Notes under the pieces: generated by a model | Database searches by the model: none | What the model was told of the DNA's origin: nothing | The model's input: only the letters and a program-made list of their open reading frames with translations | Translations under genes and position numbers: made by a program | In this document: one piece after another, positions 1 to 6,345 of the stretch | Layout: the number at the start of each line of letters is the position of its first letter | Position numbering within the stretch: position 1 is the first letter of the stretch | Assembly: GCF_033790845.1 (NCBI RefSeq) | Contig: NZ_JAMYEI010000008.1 | Location: 39,044 to 63,043 of the forward strand | Reading direction: 5' to 3' | Source: Dietzia sp. PP-33 | GTDB taxonomy: Bacteria > Actinomycetota > Actinomycetes > Mycobacteriales > Mycobacteriaceae | DNA length: 24,000 bases

Positions 1-123
1 GGTCCGCGTCTGTGCGAGCGCGTCCCCGGTGCGACGGATCGGGTTGCGCGACCGGATGAGCATCGGCGCGAGGACGAACAGCCAGACAACCACCAGCAGG
101 ATGATCAGCAGCGAGCTGGACAT
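1..123 (-). CDS. Partial CDS (N-terminal 41 codons, runs off the left edge): membrane protein with N-terminal TM helix, positional equivalent of Rv0996/GlpR-type protein downstream of moeA-rimJ
   Basis: ATG at 123..121 is preceded by GAGGAGG 8 nt upstream (revcomp of 124..140). Translation is MSSSLLIILLVVVWLFVLAPMLIRSRNPIRRTGDALAQTRT, open to position 1, with a hydrophobic helix followed by a basic stretch. It is not in the ORF track because it is truncated. Same strand and position as the TM protein after rimJ in mycobacteria. Confidence 0.55.
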   Translation of the reverse strand, partial: MSSSLLIILLVVVWLFVLAPMLIRSRNPIRRTGDALAQTRT

Positions 124-243
124 CGATCAGGCCTCCTCGAGCGTCTACCCCGACACGGACCGTCGCGGTGAGATCCCAACCGTAACGGCGGCCGGGCCCC
201 GCTCCGTGGCGGCGCGCCGCTGGTCACGATGCTCAGGACATCC

Positions 244-903
244 TCAGACGCGCTGGGCGAAACCGGATGCCACCAGCGCCGCCACCGCTCCCCGGCCGTG
301 CTCCTCACGGGTCCGGGCGACCAGCAGATGATCGCGCCACGCCCCGTCCACGTGGAGGTAGTGCCGCAGCAGCCCCTCCTCGCGGAAACCGCACCGCTCC
401 AGCACCACGCGGCTGGCGGTGTTCTCCGGCCGGACGGTGGCGTCGATCCGGTGCAGGGCCCCCGGCCCGAGTGCGTGATCCAGCCCCAGGGCGAGCGCCG
501 CCGTGGCCACCCCGCCCCCGCCGAAGCTCCGCCCCACCCAGTAGCCGATCCAGCCCGAGTGCAACGCGCCGCGCACGATCCCGCCGACGGTCAGCTGCCC
601 GCAGAACCGGCCGTCCACCTCGATGGCGGCCGGGAGCGAGGCCCCGGCCCTCGCGAAGCGCCGGAGCTGGGTGTGGATCGGGGGCCAGGCGCGGGGGGTG
701 TTGTTCTGCCACCACTGCCCGTCGACGGTCGGCTCCCACGGCTCCAGGTGGTCGCGCTCGCCGAGCCGGAGCGCGGACCAGTCGCGCCCGTCACGCCGAC
801 GCACCGGCCGGAGGGTCACCTCGCCGCCGCGGACCCGGAGCGGGCCCGCCTCGATCGGCCAGCCGGGGGTGGCCACCGAGTCGGCCGTCAGGGCGGTCCA
901 CAT
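244..903 (-). CDS. rimJ: GNAT family N-acetyltransferase, RimJ/RimL-like (ribosomal-protein-alanine acetyltransferase family)
   Basis: 219-aa ORF. It has GNAT features (GYWVGRSFGGGGVATAAL acetyl-CoA loop, ENTASRVVLERCGFREEG). It sits 9 nt downstream of the moeA stop, as Rv0995 follows Rv0994. Confidence 0.8.
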   Translation of the reverse strand: MWTALTADSVATPGWPIEAGPLRVRGGEVTLRPVRRRDGRDWSALRLGERDHLEPWEPTVDGQWWQNNTPRAWPPIHTQLRRFARAGASLPAAIEVDGRFCGQLTVGGIVRGALHSGWIGYWVGRSFGGGGVATAALALGLDHALGPGALHRIDATVRPENTASRVVLERCGFREEGLLRHYLHVDGAWRDHLLVARTREEHGRGAVAALVASGFAQRV

Positions 904-912
904 GCCGCCGGC

Positions 913-2172
913 TCAGCCGCGCTGGGCGAGGAACATCACGTCGACCTCGTCGCCCGCCCGCACGGCGGTGACGTCGGGGTCGAGCACCACGAGACAGTTC
1001 GCCTCCGCGAGCGAGGCGAGCAGGTGCGTGGAGGAACCCTGGGCGCCGCCGAGGGCCCGCACCAGGTACTCGCCGGTATCGGTGTCCCGCATGAGCTGCC
1101 CGCGCAGGTAGCCGCGCCTGCCCTCCACCGAGGAGATCGGCGCCACGGTGCGGGCGCGGACGGTCCGCCGCATGGGCTGACGTTTGCCCAGCGCGATGCG
1201 GATGAGGGGTCGCACCATGATCTCGAACACCACGAGCGCGCTCACGGGGTTGGACGGCAGCAGGAAGGTCGGCACCTCGTCGCGGCCGAGCCGACCGAAG
1301 CCCTGTACCGACCCGGGGTGCATGGCCACCCGGTTGACCTCGATGTGGCCGAGCTCCTCCATCACCTGACGGATCCTCGTGGTGGCCTCACCGCCGGCGG
1401 CGCCGGAGACCACCACGAGCTCACTGCGGACCAGCTGCCCCTCGAGCACCTCGCGCAGCCGCGAGGGCTCGGTGCTGGCGATGCCCACCCGGTGCACGTC
1501 CGCGCCGGCGTCGCGACCGGCCGCGGTGAGTGCGTAGGAGTTGACGTCATAGACCTGCCCGGTGCCGGGCTGACCGTCGACGTCCACGAGCTCGTCACCC
1601 ACCGAGATCACGGACATGCGCGGCTTGGGGTGCACGAGGACCTTCGCCCGGCCCACGGAGGCGAGCAGACCCACCTGCGCCGGGCCGATGATGCTGCCGG
1701 CGCGCACGGCGACGTCACCCGGTTGCACGTCGTCGCCGACGCGGCGGACGTAGTCACCACTGCCGACGGTGCGGGTGGGGGTGATGCGCTGGCCGTCGGC
1801 GGTCGCCCAGCCGACCGGCAGGACGGCGTCGGCCAGGGTCGGCAGTGGCGCCCCGGTGTCCACCCGGACGCACTGGCCGGGCTGGAGACGCGTGGGCTGG
1901 CGGGACCCCGCGGTGATCCTCCCCACCACGGGCAGGGTGACCGGACCGCCGGCCGTGTCGCCGGCCGCTCCGGTGGAACCGCCCCCGCGGACGTCGACGC
2001 TGCGCACCGCGTAACCATCGATCGCGGACTGGTCGAACGACGGGAGCGGGCGCTCGGCCACCACTTCCTCGGCGCACAGCAGGCCCTGGGCCTCGGAGAT
2101 CGACACGCGCACCGGTCGGGGGGCGACCGCGGCCGCGGTCACCAGTGCGAGCTGTTCCTCGACGGAGCGCAC
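913..2172 (-). CDS. moeA: MoeA-family molybdopterin molybdenumtransferase / gephyrin-like protein (Glp-type context)
   Basis: MoeA fold signatures are present (SISEAQGLLCAEEV, FDQSAIDGYAVR, GAPLP, VVVSGAAGGE, MHPGSVQGFG, LPSNPVSALV). The listed ORF starts at GTG 2298, but homologue N-termini begin at xRSVEEQLA. GTG at 2172 has GGAAGGGG 8 nt upstream, so I call 2172 as the start (419 aa). Confidence 0.9.
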   Translation of the reverse strand: MRSVEEQLALVTAAAVAPRPVRVSISEAQGLLCAEEVVAERPLPSFDQSAIDGYAVRSVDVRGGGSTGAAGDTAGGPVTLPVVGRITAGSRQPTRLQPGQCVRVDTGAPLPTLADAVLPVGWATADGQRITPTRTVGSGDYVRRVGDDVQPGDVAVRAGSIIGPAQVGLLASVGRAKVLVHPKPRMSVISVGDELVDVDGQPGTGQVYDVNSYALTAAGRDAGADVHRVGIASTEPSRLREVLEGQLVRSELVVVSGAAGGEATTRIRQVMEELGHIEVNRVAMHPGSVQGFGRLGRDEVPTFLLPSNPVSALVVFEIMVRPLIRIALGKRQPMRRTVRARTVAPISSVEGRRGYLRGQLMRDTDTGEYLVRALGGAQGSSTHLLASLAEANCLVVLDPDVTAVRAGDEVDVMFLAQRG

Positions 2173-2349
2173 CAGGTGTCCCCTTCCCGTACGAATGTCG
2201 CTGACCGTGGGGCGATGTCCGGCCGGAGCTGCCGGCCACCCCCGGGCCCTTGAGGGAGAGGGTAGCGGCCGAAGGGTGTCATCCCGGCGCGGCGCCACCG
2301 CGCCACCACGTGTTTCCGGCGGATCCCCCGCCAGAGGGGCTCGGACCGG

Positions 2350-3249
2350 CTAGGAGCAGAGCCGGCCCTGCAGCCACTGCCGGAGTTCGTCGGCGTACGC
2401 GGGGTTGTCCAGGGCGAAGTCCACGCAGGCCTTGATGTACCCACCCGGGTTGCCGAGATCGTGCCTGGTCCCGTCGTGCACCACCACGTGCACCGGGTGG
2501 CCCTCGCTGATCAGGAGGTCGATCGCGTCCGTGAGCTGGAGCTCGCCGCCGGCGCCCGGCTCGATGCGCCGTAGGGCGTCGAAGATCGCGCGGTCGAGCA
2601 CGTAGCGCCCGGCCGCCGCGAGGTTGGAGGGGGCGTCCTCGGCTGCGGGCTTCTCGACCATGCCGAGCACCTTCTTGACCGACGGCTCGTCGGTGTCGGA
2701 GACCTCGAACACCCCGTAGGAGGACACGTCCTCCGGGTCCACCTCGAACGCGCACAGCACGCTTCCGCCGAGTTCCGCGCGGACGGCCGACATCCGGCCC
2801 AGGATCCCGAAGGGCAGCACCAGATCGTCCGGCAGGAGCACCGCGACCGCCTTCTCCTCCGGCCCCAGCACGGATTCGACCTGCGCCACCGCGTGTCCCA
2901 GCCCCAGCGGCTCGTCCTGACGGACGTCCACGACCTCGATCAGTCCGGGTGCGCGCCGGACCTTGTGCAGCAGGACGTCCTTGCCGCGGTCGGACAGGGT
3001 GTCCTCGAGGACCTGGTCGTCCGAGAAGTGCGCCATCACGCCGACCTTGCGTTCGGAGGTGATGATCGCCAGCCGACCGGCTCCGGCCTCGGTCGCCTCC
3101 TCGGCGATGAGTTCGATCCCGGGGGTGTCCACCACCGGCAGGAGCTCCTTGGGCACCGTCTTGGTGGCGGGCAGGAACCGGGTCCCGAGGCCGGCGGCCG
3201 GGACGACCGCGGTGCGGAACTGCGAGTCGGGCGAGGCGGTGGACGTCAT
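2350..3249 (-). CDS. galU: UTP--glucose-1-phosphate uridylyltransferase
   Basis: The in-frame ATG at 3249 is preceded by AAGGTG. The N-terminus AVVPAAGLGTRFLPATKTVPKELLPVVD is the GalU nucleotide-binding motif. The 451-aa track ORF is an upstream shadow extension. Length 299 aa. Confidence 0.93.
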   Translation of the reverse strand: MTSTASPDSQFRTAVVPAAGLGTRFLPATKTVPKELLPVVDTPGIELIAEEATEAGAGRLAIITSERKVGVMAHFSDDQVLEDTLSDRGKDVLLHKVRRAPGLIEVVDVRQDEPLGLGHAVAQVESVLGPEEKAVAVLLPDDLVLPFGILGRMSAVRAELGGSVLCAFEVDPEDVSSYGVFEVSDTDEPSVKKVLGMVEKPAAEDAPSNLAAAGRYVLDRAIFDALRRIEPGAGGELQLTDAIDLLISEGHPVHVVVHDGTRHDLGNPGGYIKACVDFALDNPAYADELRQWLQGRLCS

Positions 3250-3313
3250 GCCGTACACCTTAGACGGCGGGCTGCGGCGTCGACGTCCACACCGCGGACG
3301 GCACACTGGTGTG

Positions 3314-3877
3314 ATGGATCCGGACAAGTCCTCGGTACGCCGTGCGGTGCGGCTGCGTCGTGCGTCCGTGACCCCGTCGGTGCGCGCCGAGCGGGATCGC
3401 GCGATCCGTGAGCGGCTCGCCTCGGTGGTGACGGAGGGGATGGTGGTCTGCGCGTTCGTGCCCGACGACGACGAGGCCGGCGGACCGGATCTGCCCGAGG
3501 CGCTCACGCGCGCCGGAGCGCAGGTGCTGCTGCCGGTCTCCCCCGTCGTCGGCCCGCTCGGGTGGGCGGCGTACGCGGGGCCGGAGGACCTGGGCCCGGG
3601 CCGGTTCGGCATCCCCGTGCCGTCCGCGCCGCCCGGGGGTCCGGACCGGATCGCCGAGGCGGACCTGGTCCTGGTCCCCTCGGTGGCCGTGGACCGTAGG
3701 GGCAACAGACTCGGCCGCGGGGGCGGGTACTACGACAGGTCGCTCGCCCTGGCCCGCCCGCACACCAGGCTGCTGGCGGTCCTCGATCCGGAGGACGTGC
3801 TCGACCACGTGCCCGCCGAGGCGCACGACCTGCCCGTCCACGGGGTCATCACCCCTGGCGGAGTCCTCGCCTTTTAG
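3314..3877 (+). CDS. 5-formyltetrahydrofolate cyclo-ligase (MTHFS family)
   Basis: ATG at 3314 lies within track ORF 2963..3877. The GRGGGYYDR motif and VPSVAVDRRGNRLG are diagnostic of 5-FCL. It is divergent from galU with a 64-bp spacer, the same arrangement as Rv0992c/Rv0993. Confidence 0.85.
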   Translation: MDPDKSSVRRAVRLRRASVTPSVRAERDRAIRERLASVVTEGMVVCAFVPDDDEAGGPDLPEALTRAGAQVLLPVSPVVGPLGWAAYAGPEDLGPGRFGIPVPSAPPGGPDRIAEADLVLVPSVAVDRRGNRLGRGGGYYDRSLALARPHTRLLAVLDPEDVLDHVPAEAHDLPVHGVITPGGVLAF

Positions 3878-3880
3878 TAC

Positions 3881-3907
3881 CTGGCACTCGGGCAGGTAGA
3901 GTGCCAG
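3881..3907. promoter_or_regulatory. CIRCE-like inverted repeat (candidate HrcA operator) overlapping a candidate promoter of the Ruc-like gene
   Basis: CTGGCACTC-N9-GAGTGCCAG is a perfect 9-bp inverted repeat with a 9-nt spacer. It matches the core of the CIRCE consensus TTAGCACTC-N9-GAGTGCTAA. It lies 30 nt upstream of ATG 3937. A TANNNT hexamer TAGAGT (3897..3902) lies inside it, with TTAGTA 17 nt upstream. Confidence 0.6.
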
Positions 3908-3936
3908 TCGATATCCGACTCTGCCCCGGAGGCCAG

Positions 3937-4341
3937 ATGCCCACCTATTCGTACCGGTGCCGCGACTGCGACGTCGCCTTCGACATCCAGCAGTCCTTCG
4001 ACGAGGACACGCTCACCGTCTGCCCGCAGTGCAACGGTGGTCTGCGCAAGCTGTTCAACACGGTCGGAGTGGTCTTCAAGGGCTCGGGCTTCTACCGCAC
4101 CGACAGCCGCGCGGCCGCCTCCGGATCGGGCTCGGGCTCGGGCTCGTCCGGTTCGAGCACATCAGGCTCCGGAAAGTCCGACTCCGGTTCGTCGGGGTCC
4201 ACCTCATCCGGTTCGGGCTCGTCAGGATCCGGTTCGGGCTCCTCGGGCTCCGGCTCGTCGGGCTCGGGCTCGGGCTCTGGCTCGTCGGGCTCGGGCTCGT
4301 CGGGCTCCTCCTCCGGTTCGTCGTCCACCTCGTCGTCGTAG
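3937..4341 (+). CDS. ruc: FmdB/CxxC_CxxC_SSSS-family zinc-ribbon protein with a disordered Ser/Gly-rich C-terminal tail (Ruc / Rv0991c-like redox-regulated chaperone family)
   Basis: ATG 3937 is preceded by GGAGG. The N-terminus MPTYSYRCRDCDVAFDIQQSFDEDTLTVCPQCNGGLRKLF carries two CxxC pairs. The roughly 75 residues after it are almost pure S/G. The position between 5-FCL and the SAF protein/mscL matches the mycobacterial 'conserved serine rich protein'. Confidence 0.85.
   Translation: MPTYSYRCRDCDVAFDIQQSFDEDTLTVCPQCNGGLRKLFNTVGVVFKGSGFYRTDSRAAASGSGSGSGSSGSSTSGSGKSDSGSSGSTSSGSGSSGSGSGSSGSGSSGSGSGSGSSGSGSSGSSSGSSSTSSS
4119..4338 (+). repeat. Imperfect GGCTCG/TCCGGT-type hexanucleotide tandem array encoding the (S/G)n tail
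   Basis: Reading the sequence directly shows runs of ggctcgggctcgggctcg, tccggttcgggctcg and similar over about 220 bp. All six frames are open across it, which produces the artefactual ORFs 4092..4376(-), 3957..4562(+) and 4037..4960(+). Confidence 0.8.
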
Positions 4342-4495
4342 CGGGTACCCGGCCCCGCTCGCTCCACAGGGTCCACGCGCCTCCACAGGCGCCGGCCCTC
4401 TCCCCCGCGTACGGCGCGGACCCGCCCGCGGCGGGCGATACGGTCTGCGGCGAGAGCGCGCTCACCGGCAGCGCGCCGAACGACGGGGGATCCAG

Positions 4496-4960
4496 ATGCG
4501 CCGAGTCATCGCGTCGGCGACGACACCCGGTCGATGGCGCCGCCGACGCGCCGCCCGGATAGCACTGGCAGGCGCCCTGGTCCTGGCCGCGCCCTTCGCG
4601 GGGCACCCGGACGGCCACGACGTCCCCGCCTCGCCGTCGGACGCCCGGCACTCCCCCGACCACGGCCACAGGGACCCCGGCCCCGCCACCCACAGTCGCG
4701 TGCGGGTGGTCCCGGTGCCGCTGGCGGACCCGGCCGTCGCCGACCTCCTGCAACCAGGTGATCTCGTGGATCTGGTCGGCACCGCGGACCCGGCCTCACC
4801 CACCGGCCCCGCGGTGGTCGCCCGCGCCGCTCGTGTCACCGGTTCCCCCGCCGGGCGCGCGGGCAGCCGGTCGATCCTGGTGGAGGTGCCCGAATCCGAC
4901 GCCGCCCGGCTGGCCTCCACCGCCGCCGGTACCCCGCTGGCTGTGCTGGTGCACGGGTGA
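4496..4960 (+). CDS. Secreted/membrane-anchored SAF/RcpC(CpaB)-like domain protein
   Basis: ATG 4496 is preceded by GGGGGA. The N-terminus has basic residues followed by a hydrophobic anchor (RRRRAARIALAGALVLAAPFAG) and then a His/Asp/Pro-rich linker. The C-terminal beta-clip-like segment is VVPVPLADPAVADLLQPGDLVDLVG...ILVEVPESDAARLA. The family call rests on resemblance and on the conserved position before mscL. Confidence 0.6.
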   Translation: MRRVIASATTPGRWRRRRAARIALAGALVLAAPFAGHPDGHDVPASPSDARHSPDHGHRDPGPATHSRVRVVPVPLADPAVADLLQPGDLVDLVGTADPASPTGPAVVARAARVTGSPAGRAGSRSILVEVPESDAARLASTAAGTPLAVLVHG

Positions 4961-5095
4961 CTCCGCGCCCGGCGGGAGGAGGCGTTGAGGTCTAGATCCG
5001 CCGATCGGTGCTGGTAACGTCCCCGGCGGCTCAGTCCTCAACACATCAACGCGTACGTGGTGAACCGCACCGCGTCTCCACGAGAGGGGTGCAGG

Positions 5096-5524
5096 ATGCT
5101 CAAGGGCTTCAAGGACTTCATCATGCAGGGCAACGTGATCGACCTCGCGGTCGCCGTGGTCATCGGTACGGCATTCGCATCCATCGTGGACGCCTTCACC
5201 AGCGCCATCATCAACCCGCTCATCGCCCTGCTCGGAGGGAACAGCGAGATCGGGTTCGCGGTCCGGCTCCTGGAGGGCAACCCCGAGACCACGATGGACT
5301 TCGGTCTGCTGCTCACCGCGATCATCAACTTCCTGCTGATCGCCGCGGTGATCTACTTCGTGCTGGTGGGACCGATGAACAAGATGAAGGAGGCCGCCGC
5401 CAGGCGAAAGGGGATCGACGCCCCCGCCTCGGACAACGACCTCCTGGTGGAGATCCGCGACCTGCTGGCCGGTCGTCCGCTGACGCACCCCTCCGACCCG
5501 GAGAGCCCGTCCGGCGAGTCCTGA
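5096..5524 (+). CDS. mscL: Large-conductance mechanosensitive channel
   Basis: The canonical MscL N-terminus is MLKGFKDFIMQGNVIDLAVAVVIGTAF. ATG 5096 has GAGAGGGG upstream. There are two TM helices. Length 142 aa. Confidence 0.95.
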   Translation: MLKGFKDFIMQGNVIDLAVAVVIGTAFASIVDAFTSAIINPLIALLGGNSEIGFAVRLLEGNPETTMDFGLLLTAIINFLLIAAVIYFVLVGPMNKMKEAAARRKGIDAPASDNDLLVEIRDLLAGRPLTHPSDPESPSGES

Positions 5525-5558
5525 GGGCCGCGGGCGCGCACCGCACGCAGATCGCCTC

Positions 5559-5587
5559 GACCCCGCATCCCGGGAGGATGCGGGGTC
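5559..5587. terminator. Bidirectional stem-loop between convergent mscL and the moaB operon
   Basis: GACCCCGCATCC-cggga-GGATGCGGGGTC forms a perfect 12-bp stem with a 5-nt loop. It lies 35 nt after the mscL stop and 6 nt after the stop of the small minus-strand ORF. There is no clear U-tract, which is common in actinobacteria. Confidence 0.65.
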
Positions 5588-5593
5588 TCGGTC

Positions 5594-5773
5594 TCATCCG
5601 TGGTGGGGAGGCCGTTGCTCCACCCACCAGTCGTCATCGATCCGGCCGTCCCGGTCCCGGGCCTCATCGGAGGTGGTCTCCGGAAGGGTCTCCCCGAACA
5701 CCTCGTCAATCCGAGCCGTGTCGATCCGGGCCGTGTCAATCCGAGCCGTGTCGATCCGGGCCCTGTCGGTCAC
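5594..5773 (-). CDS. Candidate 59-aa acidic micro-protein with four (T/R)ARID pentapeptide repeats, start overlapping the moaB stop
   Basis: GTG (5773..5771) overlaps the moaB TGA (5772..5770) as GTGA. The frame stays open to TGA 5596..5594. Translation is VTDRARIDTARIDTARIDTARIDEVFGETLPETTSDEARDRDGRIDDDWWVEQRPPHHG. I counted GC3 at 49/59 (83%), against about 67% for one opposite-strand frame over the same region. The ORF fills the whole moaB-to-terminator gap. I recognise no homology. Confidence 0.35.
   Translation of the reverse strand: MTDRARIDTARIDTARIDTARIDEVFGETLPETTSDEARDRDGRIDDDWWVEQRPPHHG
5705..5764. repeat. Four tandem 15-bp units (GTCRATCCGRGCCGT), i.e. a 30-bp unit duplicated with one mismatch
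   Basis: Direct reading gives gtcaatccgagccgt gtcgatccgggccgt gtcaatccgagccgt gtcgatccgggccct. The array lies immediately 3' of the moaB stop. Confidence 0.9.
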
Positions 5774-6345
5774 AGTTCGTCGATCGCCGACAGCTGCGCC
5801 ACCACGTACGCGACCAGCGGGCACAGCGTCGCCATCCCGTCCCGGATCGCCGCGCGACTCGGGGCGAGGTTGGCGACCACCGTGCTACCGGAGACCCCCA
5901 CGAGCCCGCGGGAGACGATCGAGTCGACCGCACCTGCGGTCAGACCGGACGACCGGACCGCCTCGGCGATGCCGGGCAAACGTTGGTCGAGGATCTCCTC
6001 GGTGACCTCGGGGGTGATGTCCCGGGGGCCGACACCGGTGCCCCCGACGGTCACGACGAAGTCGAAGCCGCCGACCACAGCGGTCTCGAGAGCCTTGCGG
6101 ACCTCCGATTCGTCGGAGGCCACGCCGACGACCCCGCCCACCAGGAAACCCTCCTCCTCGAGCAGCTCGGTGACCAACGGGCCGATCGAGTCCTCGCGGG
6201 GGTCCATCCGGTCGGTGACCACCACGACCATCGCGCGGCCGGCGATGGGGGTGTCCGCCGGCGCGGCGGCCGAGGGATCGAACTCCACCTCGGTCTGGAT
6301 CCGGCGTCCACCGGGCAGCGACCTCGGGTCGAATCTGGTGCTCAT
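5770..6345 (-). CDS. moaB: MoaB/MogA-family molybdenum cofactor biosynthesis protein
   Basis: 191 aa. MogA/MoaB signatures are present (VVVVTDR, DFVVTVGGTGVGPRDITPE, PGIAEA, G(ST)VVANLPGS-like SGSTVVANLAPS). The ATG (6345) overlaps the pepD TGA as ATGA. The position matches moaB2 after pepD in mycobacteria. Confidence 0.85.
   Translation of the reverse strand: MSTRFDPRSLPGGRRIQTEVEFDPSAAAPADTPIAGRAMVVVVTDRMDPREDSIGPLVTELLEEEGFLVGGVVGVASDESEVRKALETAVVGGFDFVVTVGGTGVGPRDITPEVTEEILDQRLPGIAEAVRSSGLTAGAVDSIVSRGLVGVSGSTVVANLAPSRAAIRDGMATLCPLVAYVVAQLSAIDEL

Noticed and set aside
229-2253. Very long plus-strand ORF (674 aa). Similar giant ORFs are 5008..6405(+), 15243..16928(+), 18426..19622(+), 20161..21576(+) and 22122..23210(+).
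   Set aside because: All lie antisense to genes with clear family signatures (moeA, moaB/pepD, acyl-CoA ligase, ACAD, accA, accD). Their translations are Arg/Gly/Pro/His-rich low-information sequence. Stop-poor antisense frames are expected at about 70% GC.
3881-3898. TGGCAC-N5-CAGGTA, which resembles a sigma-54 -24/-12 promoter.
   Set aside because: The -12 TTGC element is missing, and actinobacteria lack RpoN. The TGGCAC is better explained as the left arm of the CIRCE inverted repeat.
4092-4376. A minus-strand ORF encoding an EPEPEPDEPEPE acidic repeat protein, and plus-strand ORFs 3957..4562 and 4037..4960 through the same region.
   Set aside because: They are alternative-frame readings of the Ser/Gly microsatellite in the Ruc-like gene. 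They have no independent start context. The real downstream gene begins at 4496.
5705-5764. Whether the 15-bp tandem repeats here and at 7555..7629 could be a mini CRISPR array or a mobile-element terminal repeat.
   Set aside because: The units are directly adjacent with no spacers, are only 15 bp long, have no cas genes or transposase nearby, and are in frame with coding sequence.
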